NCBI GenBank assembly: GCA_976551045.1
Contig: CDPCPM010000012.1
Span: forward strand, 6,696,001-6,760,000
From: Glaucostegus cemiculus
Taxonomy: Eukaryota
DNA length: 64,000 bases
Direction: 5' to 3'
Position numbers and translations under genes: made by a program. Numbering within the stretch: position 1 is the stretch's first letter; every line of letters starts with the position of its first letter. The notes under the pieces were generated by a model that did not search any database, was not told the origin of the DNA, and saw only the letters and a program-made list of their open reading frames with translations. This document shows, piece by piece, positions 39,590 to 50,357 of this stretch.

Positions 39590-40197
39590 TACAACATAAA
39601 AGGGGGCAATTTGGCCCATTCAGTTTACGTCAGTTCCCACAGTATCTCATTAATCCATCTTTTCCTGGTTATTTCTTTGTAAACTATTGTCTCTCATATG
39701 CCCATCAACTGTCCCTGATTCTCCTGCCACCCAGCTGCAGTAGGAGTTATTTCCAGTGGCTGATTAATCTTCCAAGAAGCACATACTGGATTTGGGGTTT
39801 GGGAGGAAAGCATCCAGAAGATCTTCACAGCCACAGGGAGAATGTGCAAACTCAAGGGCAGCTTTTATCCTGCTGTTATAAGACTATTGAATGGTTCCCT
39901 AGTATGCTACGATGGATTCTTGACCTCACAATCTACCTCGTTATGACCTTGCACCTTATTGTCTACCTGCACTGCATTTCCTCTGTAGTTGTGACACTTT
40001 GTTCTGCCTTCTATATTGTTTTACATTATACTACCTCAGTGTACTGTATAATGAATTGATCTGTATGAATTGTATGTAAGACAAGTTTTTCACTGTACCT
40101 TGGTACAAGTGACAATAATAAACCAATTATATTCAATTCAATCCACACAGACAGCACTTGAGGTCAGAATTGAACCTGGGTCAGTTGAGCTGTGAAG
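39590..40197 (-). mobile_element. V-SINE split by a Rex1/Babar tail
   Basis: ttgggaggaaagcatccagaag...cacagccacagggagaatgtgcaaact | ccacacagacagcac...gaggtcagaattgaacctgggtc (antisense V-domain and B-box). Confidence 0.8.
39852..40141 (+). mobile_element. Rex1/Babar 3' fragment
   Basis: Close match to the reverse complement of 27222-27500 (cagcttttatcctgctgttataagactattgaatggttccctag...gacaataataaaccaat). Confidence 0.9.
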
Positions 40198-40714
40198 AGA
40201 TTAAGCAGGCTAGAATGAGAGGAAAACAATTAATCAGTTTTTCAAAAAAGTTTAGAAAACTGAGAGCTAATCTCATTGAAATATGCAAAGTATTTAGAGG
40301 ACTTGGCAGGATAGAGGTAGCGTTGATGTTTCTGTTGGCTGATGCATCTAAAACCAGGAGTCATTATCTTGGAATCAGGGGTCATTTATTCAGGGATTAT
40401 CTAAAATGTGAAAAATTTCTTCAGACAGAGGATAGTGAGCCACTGGAATTCCTTGCCCAAGAGGGCTCAATTGTTTAATAGTTTCAATACCAAGTTCACT
40501 AGATTTCTGTATATTAAGGATCTACATTTGTGCAGGAAAGTGGTAGAGGCAAAAGATCAGCTCTGATTTTATTGAAGAGCGGAGCAGGAATAAGGACCCA
40601 AAGGACCTATTCCTGCTTCTAATTCCTGCTCTATAAGATCCAAGGATAATAAGCTTTCTCCGATCTGAACATTGTGTTCTGTTACATCATTTAAAGTTGG
40701 ATCGGTTGGTAAAT

Positions 40715-40900
40715 GTGGCAGTACAAAGCTGAGCCACTGAGACCAGAAGGTGGCAAGTTCCATTGTGTGCTGGGTTTGTTGTTTTCACTGGAATAGCTGC
40801 TTTTCTGGATCAGTGGCCATGAGCATGAGAGAGGAAATCTCAGCTCGTGGTTCTACTCCAAACCACTAACGTGAGTCATGCCTACAGAAGTGCTGATTGA
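40715..40900 (+). mobile_element. ancient tRNA-derived SINE (LF-SINE-like)
   Basis: ctgagccactgagaccagaaggtggcaagttcc..tgtgtgctggg...gagaggaaatctcagc..ggttctactcc; related copy at ~41590-41770. Confidence 0.4.
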
Positions 40901-40959
40901 GAACATGTTTCAATGGAGAACAGTGTTCCAAGCCTAGTTATTCTGGATCTATATGAAGG

Positions 40960-41024
40960 ATCAGGCAGCATTTGTGGAAGGAAATGAACAGTCGACATTT
41001 CAGGTTGAGACCCTTCATCTGGAC
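40960..41024 (-). mobile_element. Penelope-like terminal fragment with degenerate hammerhead motif
   Basis: Minus strand gtcCAGATGAagggtctcaacctGAAAtgtcgactgttcatttccttccacaaatgctgcctga. Confidence 0.7.
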
Positions 41025-41545
41025 GGTCCCCTAGTTTTAGACTCTCCTATCTGGAGAAAAAACCTACTATTCACCTTATCTATGCTCCTCACTATGGTAT
41101 ATATCACTCTAAGGTCACCCTTCAGCCTCCTATGCTCTAGGGAAAAAAGCCCCAGCCTATTCAGTCTCTTCTTATACCTCAAGCCTTCCAGTCCTGGTAA
41201 CATTCTTGTGTCCGTTTTCTGCACCCTTTCCAGATTAATGACATCCTTCCTATAGCTAGGCCAGAACTGCACACAATAACTCCAAGCGTGGTCTCACCAA
41301 CAGTTATTACACGATGTCTCAGCTCTTGTACTCAATGCCCTGGCTGATGAAAGCAAGCATTTCAAATGCTGCCTTCACTATCCTGTCTAGATGTGTCTAC
41401 ACTTTCAGGTAACTATATACTTGAACCCCTAGGTCTCTCTGTTCTACAACCTTCTTCAGTGCCTTGTCATTTACTGTGCAAGTCCTGCCCTGGGTTAACT
41501 TGCCAAAATGCAAGACTTCATACTTGTCAGAGTTAAGTTCCAGTT
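41025..41545 (-). mobile_element. CR1 LINE fragment
   Basis: ORF 41015..41272 QFWPSYRKDVINLERVQK..RLNRLGLFSLEHRRLKGDL. Confidence 0.9.
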
Positions 41546-43672
41546 AAATAGATATTGAAGTGGTGAGGATTGCTGGACCTAATTGTGTTTGTGCATGGCT
41601 TAGGGAGTTAACTTACCAATTAGCTGCACAGAGGAGATCAGAAAGGCCCCAGATTCAAGATAATAATGTGAGCTGTAGTAGGTGTACTTCATTTGCTTCA
41701 TTGTGATGGGTTGGAGATGGGGGTTGGGGGAAAAATTGGGGAAACAATCATTGACATCTCTCTGATTATTTAAAATATCTGTGAATACCAGTTGAGGTCT
41801 ATTGACAAATTACAATTACTCATCACACTAGGTTAGTTTTTTGACCACATCAATAATTTTACATTATTAATATACAGCTCAATTAATTTATGCTATTATT
41901 TAAACTGTACATGACATTCCATCTGTTTCAATTATCGAATCTCTGCCTTGCCAGCATGTTCAATAAAACACTCATAAGCATCATATTGATGGCCATTGTC
42001 CCATTTGTAAGGGGGTAAACAAAACTGATGTGAGGTGCTTTTCATTGCTTTTCCTAAACGTGGAAAACTACCAATTATCACCCAGCACTCCGCTGCGCAG
42101 ATTTCAAGTTATCGGAGAGGGTTTAACTTATCCATTCACCAAATGGCTCTTGTGCCATAGGAACAAGTTGAGGTAACTTCCAATGAACTTTAAAAACTGG
42201 AGCCATTTTAATTGACTCTTCCATTGCCAAAAGACAGAAAGCAAATATGAGTTTTTTGCTGAAGTATCAATGATCATCACATACAGTAGCATTGTGCTGC
42301 TGTTACCCTCCACACTGAGCAACTGCAAATACTGGCTGAATAGAGTATAGTATTTGCACAATAATCCACAGTGAAGCTGTACCGTGAACCTCTACTGTCT
42401 CCTTCACTGTTCAACACATGCACACAATTATGTCAGGCAGGTCACAAATGTAAATTCTGTTATACTGAAGAGATCGCCCTGTTGTACAATATAAATACCT
42501 TAATGCCATAGGTCAGATTCTCTCTCTTGACATGAAGCTAATGGCACAATTCTTTCAGTGCTGGCAGTTTCACCCCAAAGCTGTTGTTAAAGGCCCTTTC
42601 ACTGAGACAATAAAACTGCCAAAAAGACACTAAAAGTCAGCATTTGTGGCCAATGGACTTGAAATGAGCACTATCGAAAATGTGTATGTAACTGTGGATA
42701 TTTAAGCAAGTCTAAAATGTTTACAAAAAGAGGCAGGTGCAAACACTTGTTAAACTCTGGGAGATGACAGACAATGCACAATGTGACTCGGTCAACTTAA
42801 AATCTCCATGTTAACTGAGGAAATGGTCAGAATGGGCTTTGATTATTCATCATCAATTGAAACAACGTTACAATATTTTGGTTCTTTATTTGGTGCACGT
42901 TATTTAGGTGCTCATTTGCATGAGAGAAGCCTATTGGAAAGCATCTGGAGAAATGGTGATTTAAGCATAAAAATGTTTTCTTGCTGTATTAATAAACATG
43001 AGATTAAGTGTATTCTTATGATATTAGGTTATTTACTGTTTTAGTAAATAGAAAACTGTTTATATAGATTAACACCTTCATTAAAACAGTGGGGAAAAAG
43101 TCTGCAAATTCATTGAATATTTACTCCTTGGTGTCATCAATAAAAAGAAAATAAACTGATATTCAACCTGCCTACTCCTGCCCTTCCAAACTCATCTTCT
43201 CTCTCCAACAAGCTATTATTCAACCGCCTTTTCAAAATTATGAGAAGGTAACAAGCTGAGTTAAAGGTTAGGGTTGTTGCACTGTAATCTGAATTAGTCA
43301 ATAGGTGCAATTTCCATTTCTTCCTAATGTCTTTATCCAAAAGCAAAGATTTTCCAGCTCCTGGTGATTCAGATTAGCTGCAGCTAATCTTGCAAACTAA
43401 AAGTAAGTTAAGTCAGTTGATGAGGTCAAAAGGGGCAGGGAGGGTTGACTTGGAGCAGGAAATGAGCAGAAGCATATAATCGTATGTATGCAGAACCTTG
43501 ACTTCCACTTCCTGCCATCTATTCCCTTGACAGGGGTGGTGCATAATTGTTATTGGCAGTGTTTGCAGTGCCAGAATACAAACAAAAGGACAGGTGTCTC
43601 TGCACAGGATGCAAGAAACTAAGATAGTCACTCCCTTTGAAAACGTTGAATTTTGAGCTAGCAACTTTCTTT

Positions 43673-43990
43673 CAACAACAATAATGCCATGTAAAACACT
43701 TTTCAAAAGGTAAAGTATCCCAAAGTACTTCACAGGAGCACATATTCTAAAATTAGCACTGATAGATAATGCTTATTTAAGAATTGATTTTTAAGGAATG
43801 TCTTGAGGGAGGAAGAGGTGTAGGAGGGATTTCAAGAGAAAATTGACGAACTGAAGTTTGGATACCAATAATGGTGTAATTATGACTGGGGGTTCACATG
43901 AGGACAAAGCCGGAGGAACCGGTACCTTGAAGGGAGTAAGATGACAGTTATGAAAGGGCAAAACCATGAATGAGCCTGCATGGTAAATCA
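43673..43990 (-). mobile_element. L2 LINE 3' end
   Basis: caacaacaa...atcccaaagtacttcacaggagc...ttttaaggaatgtcttgagggaggaagagg..ggagggatttcaagagaaaatt matches the antisense elasmobranch L2 3' end; a further L2-like piece lies at ~44520-44740. Confidence 0.7.
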
Positions 43991-46884
43991 TTCCACGTTT
44001 CAATTTCTCTCTAGTTCAAGGAAGTGGGCCTGATTGACAGATCACACAGCATGGATGAAAAGAGACATTAGGTATCAATCTAGTTTGTAGCTATTTTTTC
44101 CACCATCAAGTTCACTATGTATGGAGTAAACCAATGAATGAATTAGGGAATTGGGAAGCATTGCAGATTGTCAAAGGCAAGGATCCTGGGTAGAAGATAT
44201 CATGGAGGTGGCAGACTTGAACTAGGAATGCACTGGATGTTTTTCTTTGGGCATGATGGAGGATTTCAGGATCCACTGCCTGAGCAAATACTCTGAATGT
44301 AGTCATGATATGACTGCCTCCAAATTAACATTCTGACCTTTGGCTCATTAGAATAATATTCCCTGTTATTTTTAAGCAGTAGAAATTTGTCCTGTACTAA
44401 ATGTTTGTGGGTGAGTCTCAGCAGAGAGTACAACCAGTAATCAATGTTCTTGCATCCATTTATCACTTGGGACTAAAGACAAATTTCCGTCTCCCCACTA
44501 ACTCCAAGCTGCACAAGATTGGGAGGGTATGTGACCTAAATTGATGTTGACCATAGATTGAAGAGTTTGAAAAGATAAGGAAGAAGTAAGGTGCAAAAGG
44601 ATTTGTAAATCAGAACAAGATTTTGAATTTAATAATTTGCTCGAGAGAGAACCAGTTGGAGGTGGCAAAATGTTGTACATGTTCCTGTTTGAACAAAAGC
44701 GAGAATCTAAGTGGCCAGGGTTGACAGCATACGAAGAGTGTGAGCCTCGAGGTTCATATTTGCATAATCTACATTTTGTAGAAGATGTATTATACATGCA
44801 TTTGGCCTATATCTTTGATTCAGTGCTCCAGTTCCTCTCCTTGCCTGTTCTCCTTTTCCAATGTCCTGTTTCCATTGAACTGTTGGACAGAAACTAAGGC
44901 ATTGGGTATTGCAGTAGCAAGGTGGCTACCAGTTGGTGTTACATTACTATGTCCTTTATGATTATAAACATAATGTAACATTTCTGCTGCTGGTACTCTC
45001 CTCTTCCTTATGTTTCTCTCCTCCAACACATCTAAAACATCGGCTGCATTTGGATTCTTCAACAGAATTTTAACACTACATTGACATTTCTAGAGGGGGG
45101 AAATATCAACAGTGTTTGTACTTCAATAACTGAGTTCCTTCCAGGGGAAAATATTTTCACCTGTAATTTAATCAATTCATATTTTGCAGGAATTTCTGTT
45201 GATAATCTGTCAAATGTCTATTTGCAGCATCAACACAATCAACATTAATCTTAAAAAGTTGTCATTGTGTGTAAATTTGCAGAATACTGACTAATTCAAA
45301 GTGCTGGAGTCCTGTTTATGTTAAAGTCACTCAGACTGCCAATGAACTGTAAACTTGTGTGATCAGCTCCTGCAGCTTGTTTGATTTCTCTCAGTCCTAT
45401 TTTAGGAATAAATATCACCCTTCTGCTGTTTTTCTTTATCAAACTAAAGACAATGCCATAAAATGGTCAAAAAATCAGTGCAAGTTCTAATTTCTTCCAC
45501 CATTAATGACAGATCAGTGCATTTGGAATTATTCATTGATTATTCTTTAAGACAAAGGTTGCTGCTGTAGCTTAGTACGTTCTTGATCCATAGAACTCCT
45601 TAGTTCCCCAAATGCCTAGATTTCCCAATTCACACTTGCCTGTGCTTTACCATTAACACAAGAGAAGGAATCACAGAAGAGTTTCATTTGAACTCGTGAG
45701 AACATCCTTTCTGCACCTTGTACAATAGATGGATGCTTTAACACCAGTCCACAGGGGGACTGGAGAGAGGGAAATTTATTTTTAGGGTCTGTTGGGCATT
45801 TCCTATGCATTAAGAACTTTTGAAAATTATCTTCATCTTGGCCATTATCTGTTCTTGTGATAACAGGTAAGTCCTCTTTCAGTTGCACTGAAATGAAATT
45901 AGCACCTGGAAGTTCCAATGCACACTCAGTGGTGAATTGTCATAGCAACAGAACAGCCACCATGCTGGCTTTTGTCTCACTGCAACAAAATTTGGCCATC
46001 AATCATAAGTTACAGGGCCTTGCACATTTACATGAGCAGAACTGTGCCCTCCAGTCACCTCCACCTGAGACCATGGCAAAAGCAGCACTGAACTTGGAGC
46101 AATGTCATCATCTCCTTCGCTGACATCAAAATTGCATGACTCACAATGGGAAGTGCCAGCTGAATTCCTCAACTGATGCTGAAAGAAAAAATACTGTGTA
46201 TCCAGTTTCCAGGGCAAACTAAAAATCCTGGGATTTGAAGCACTAAGTTTAGCACATTCCTCTTTTCTTAGTCTGAGTAGCTGTGAAACATCCACCAAAA
46301 TAGCTGAGTAATTAAAAAATATAGAAGTACATTGACAATCCAAAGGTAAAATGTTAAAATTATAAGGACTTGGCCTTTACTGCTTGCAAGACAGTACTTC
46401 AATCATTGTAACTATTTGCTGACAGTTAACAGGATTTAAACTAATGACAAGAAGCTCATTGTCTCCATGTTGTGCCATTTATCTGCTGCCCCCAGAGGTA
46501 CATTTTTGAAAATGACCATGACAACAGCCATCTTCAACTGATTATCTTGTGTAGTTTGAATCCAGTCTTAATGAGTGTCTCTTGGGTCAGGCCTGCCTTT
46601 CTCAAAATTAAAAGCCCATATTATAATAATGGCTGGTATAAATTCAGTGTGTTAATTGTCAGACGTTTTGCCAAAATATCCATTTCCTTTTTTATCACTG
46701 AACATTTTGACTCTATGCTAGCTCTTCCAGTGCAGGAGATTCATTTTAGATTGCTCTGAATTATAATGACTGCAGTTTATAAACAAAATCTTTAGTCACA
46801 AATTGATTTTTTTTACCTGAATGATGTTCATGTGGCTCCTCTAACCATCTGATTATCTCTGACTCTCAAACAATTGCTCTATTA

Positions 46885-47745
46885 ATCATATCAGAAGGAC
46901 TTGGACAGGTTGGGAATGGGCAAAGAAATGGCAGATGGAATACAGCATAGGGTAGTGTGGAATTGCGCACTTTGGTAGGAAGAAAAAAGGTGTAAATTAT
47001 TTTCTAAATGGGGAGAAAATTCAAAAATCAGGGGCGCAAAGGGATTTGGGAGTTCTAGTGCAGGATTCCCGCAGGGTTAACTTGCAGGTAGAGTCAGTAG
47101 TAAAGAAGGTAAATGCAAGGTTAGCATTCATTTCGAGAGGACTGGAATATAAAAGCCAGGATGTACTGCTGAGGCTTTATAAGGCATTGGTCAGACTGCA
47201 TTTGGAATATTGTGAGCAATTTTGGGCCCCATATCTAAGGAAGGATGTACTAGCCCTGGAGAGGGTCCAAAGGAGGTTCACAATAATAAACCCAGGAATG
47301 AAAAGCTTAACATATGAGGAGCATTTGATGTCTCTGAGCCTGTACTTAATGGAGTTCAGAAGGACGAGGGAGGATCTCATTGAATCCTACTGAATACTGA
47401 AGGTCCTGGATATAGTGAAAGTGGAGAGGATGTTTCTGGCAGTGGGAGAGTCTAGGATACGAGGGTACAGCCTCAGAGTAGAAGGACATCCCTTTAAAAC
47501 CAAGAGGAGAAGGAATTTCTTCAGCCAGAGGGTGGTGAATCTGTGGAATTCGTTGCCACAAAGGGCTATAGAGGCCAAGTCATTGGGTGTATTTAAAGCA
47601 GAGTTTGATAGGTTCTTGATTGATAAGGGGGTTAAGGGTTATGGGGATGAGGCAGGACCATGAAGTTGAAAACATCAACCATGATTGAATGGTGGAGCAG
47701 AATCAATGGGCTGAATGGCCTACTTCTGCTCCTACACCTTAAGGT
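46885..47745 (+). mobile_element. young CR1 LINE 3' portion
   Basis: ORFs 47046..47393 (LYKALVRLHLEYCEQFWAPYLRKDVLALERVQRRFT) and 47415..47663 (RRNFFSQRVVNLWNSLPQ); tail ggctgaatggcctacttctgctcct. Confidence 0.95.
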
Positions 47746-47774
47746 CTATCTCTGTCACCTGGGACCATCCATGA

Positions 47775-48130
47775 AACACTATAGAATAAAATCATACCAT
47801 TTGACCCACTTGATTCTGGGCTGGTTCTTGATCTTGTTTCAGAGCTATCCGTGGGAATCCTTTACTTTGCTCTCTTTCCCTCCATCATTTTATATTTATT
47901 ATTTATAATTACCTATCCAATGCAATCTTAAACCATTCAAATTACCAGTGTACACCTATCTGGAAATTAATCTTCCCTCTGCAATACTAAAGAGACTGAA
48001 ATGGAATTAATTCTGGAGACAGATCATGTAATATTATTGCTACTAAAGACCACGTGAGCGGAAGGCAAATTTCTAGGTAATAATATTTTATTATCCTCCC
48101 AACTTCACCTTCTATTCTTCTGTGTCTTCC
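47775..48130 (-). mobile_element. old CR1 3' fragment
   Basis: atagaataaaatcataccatttgacccac...acctatccaatgcaatcttaaa; degenerate. Confidence 0.45.
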
Positions 48131-48419
48131 CTGATACCAACATGACAACCAGATGAAATCACATTTTGCTGATTGACCTCTCGAGCATTCATTCTTTTGG
48201 AAGCCTCCACTATTCATTGTTCTAATCTCTCCATTACAGTGAAAGAAACATGTTTTTTGAGCTTCATCCAGGATTAATCCAATAATAATAATAAGCTCAC
48301 CTGATGAACCTTTGCTGTACCATGGAATTGGACAGTGCAGTGCCTGCTCTTTCTTTGCTACTAGTGCCAGTTTATTTGCTCTTCATGCCTGTTTGGACCT
48401 GTTCTTTAGAGATTTATGC

Positions 48420-48725
48420 ATCATCATTCTGTGAGGTCACCTTTTCACCATCATCTTTGGAATTCATTGGGGTTATTCCAGTTCTGTAATTCTGATGTGG
48501 CTGAAGAATCCCTATGTGGGATCTGCAGACTGCCACAAGAGAGGCAGGATGTGTGTAATAGGGTGGGTTATTTGGGATGTTGCATACTTTGTCCACTGTT
48601 TGCACATGGATTCCACATGCCTCTGTCACAGACTCAGAAATGCTCAGTGCCTCCTTGATGCTACTCCTCCATCTAATGAAATCAGCAACCCTCTCCAAGT
48701 GAATGGGATTGCTGCTTCCATGTCA
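48420..48725 (-). mobile_element. RTE LINE 3' fragment
   Basis: atcatcatt...gggatctgcagactgccacaagagaggcag...gactcagaaatgctcagtgcctccttgatgctactcctcca; ORF 48414..48698 RWRSSIKEAL...CRSHIG. Confidence 0.7.
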
Positions 48726-48999
48726 CTCTGTGTTAATGTAAGGTATACAGCACGTCAGTTCAGTACAATCCAGAACTGCCACTGGATTTGATGGTGAGCC
48801 TAGCAATGGAGCAGAATACCTAATGCGACACCATTTGATCTTTAGCACACTTGCAGAGTCTGCATTGCAGTGCACAGACCTAAAAGGCAAAGACAAGCTG
48901 AATGCTAGAGGATTACAGAACAGAATTCATCCAGATCACAGTTCAGACCAGCCCATTAAATATATTTTAGTCTGAGTCAGATATTTGGACTAAACTGCA

Positions 49000-49100
49000 G
49001 TCTTAGGTTGTGGGGAAAGTGGATTTGAGCCCCAACATCAGATCAATGGTAGAGCAGGGTGGAAGGAGAGTATGACCTGGTGCTGTTCCTACTTATGGCT
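49000..49100 (+). mobile_element. CR1 3' tail remnant
   Basis: ggaaagtggatttgag..atcagatcaatggtagagcagg...tgacctggtgctgttcct. Confidence 0.55.
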
Positions 49101-50204
49101 AACACTTCATAGTAGTACTGGGGTGCTGCCTTTTCTGCTAGGACTTCAAATCAAAAGACACTTTTTTCAATTCATATAAAAGCCCTTCCCATGTTTATCA
49201 ACTTTGCTTTTAATATTTTCTTTCTCCAGTTATCCAAGAGAGCCCTCCTTTTACAAACATCCTTAACCCTGGTGAGATGGGAAGAATGCTAGTTCCCACT
49301 GTCCAGAGGAAGCTGGGTGGAGTGGGAGTTGAAATGAAGTAGGTCAATTATCTTCTCTTTCCCTAATCTGGAACAATCCAGAATGTTTTACTGGAAACCT
49401 CGTATATTTACAGAAATTGATATATTTATTCAAAGGATAAAATTTATTTAGCGGAGTGACAACAGTTGTGCAAGTTTGATATTTGATGGTTAGAAGAGTG
49501 GTGTGGCTTTGATACTGATGGTCCCAGTGGTATCAGTTGGAACTGACAGGTCAGTGGGTTGGAGAGGAGAAATATCTGGCAGTATCGAGAGATTTGGTGT
49601 ATAGAGATTGTTCCTGCCAAGGTCATGAGTTGGTAATGCCTACTCAAGAGGAGTGAATGAAGTAAAGGGTCTTGTAGTAGAACCTGCCTTATAGGGCACA
49701 TACTTGGGTTGGATTGGCAGTGCTGACCTTTGAGTTGCTCAGGAAAGTCTCTGGTCAATCATATAGGAGCAGGTCTGGTGTACTATAGAAGCCTGCTTTA
49801 ACTTTTGGATGATGTAGGTGCAGCATTCATTATTGAATTATGGAAATTATGGAAACAGTATCCAGCACATGATACATGCTGCTGGATGCTACTGTGCGTG
49901 TCTGGAATCCTCCATGCACATCAGCCGAATGGAAAATTGCATACTAAAAATATTCAACTTGCAATAAATTCCCAATATTTCAATCATATTAGTTTTTTTT
50001 GTTCTATCTCGATCAAGTCATGCACAAAGCCTGTTGGTACATGATCCAGTTTCAAAGCTGTACAGTTTTATTGCAAACTCAAGGCAGTAGGTGGTCTTCC
50101 TTATTAGCAGTATTTCTGTGACAGAGAATAAAGATTCCACCATACCAGAACTAAGAGGTTTAATAAAGCAGCAGAAGAACTCCTGTCTCAAACTAAAAGT
50201 AATA

Positions 50205-50357
50205 CGATACGATTGGATCTTTCAAGAGATAGGTACGTGGAGCTAGGTAAAATAGAGGGCTATGGGAATGCCCAGTAATTTCTAGTGTAGGGACATGTTT
50301 GGCACAGCTTTGTGGGCTGAAGGGCCTGAATTGTGGTGTAGTTTTTCTATGTTCTAT
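50205..50357 (+). mobile_element. short young CR1/HER1 3' insertion with 6-bp TSD
   Basis: ggcacagctttgtgggctgaagggcctg...ttctatgttctat tail; GTAATA direct repeat at 50199-50204 and 50358-50363. Confidence 0.8.

Larger units (their letters stand above)
38713..40630 (+). mobile_element. CR1 LINE (RT to 3' tail) interrupted by a V-SINE and a Rex1 tail
   Basis: RQSQCGF near the start; ORF 39033..39347 LFTIYTKD..KFVDNTKLG..DMDRLTEWARTWQ; ORF 40158..40478 RKLRANLIEICK..TRSH; 3' tail ggacctattcctgcttcta. Confidence 0.85.

Noticed and set aside
45786-45866. 81-nt exon with TTTAG acceptor and perfect CAG|GTAAGT donor; signal-peptide-like KIIFILAIICSC
   Set aside because: All three frames contain stops and there is no usable in-frame ATG; one perfect donor can occur by chance in this length. 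A non-coding exon cannot be excluded.
46483-46498. CTCF site (CCTCTGGGGGCAGCAG on the minus strand)
   Set aside because: It lacks the conserved AG spacing of the core, so the match is only partial.
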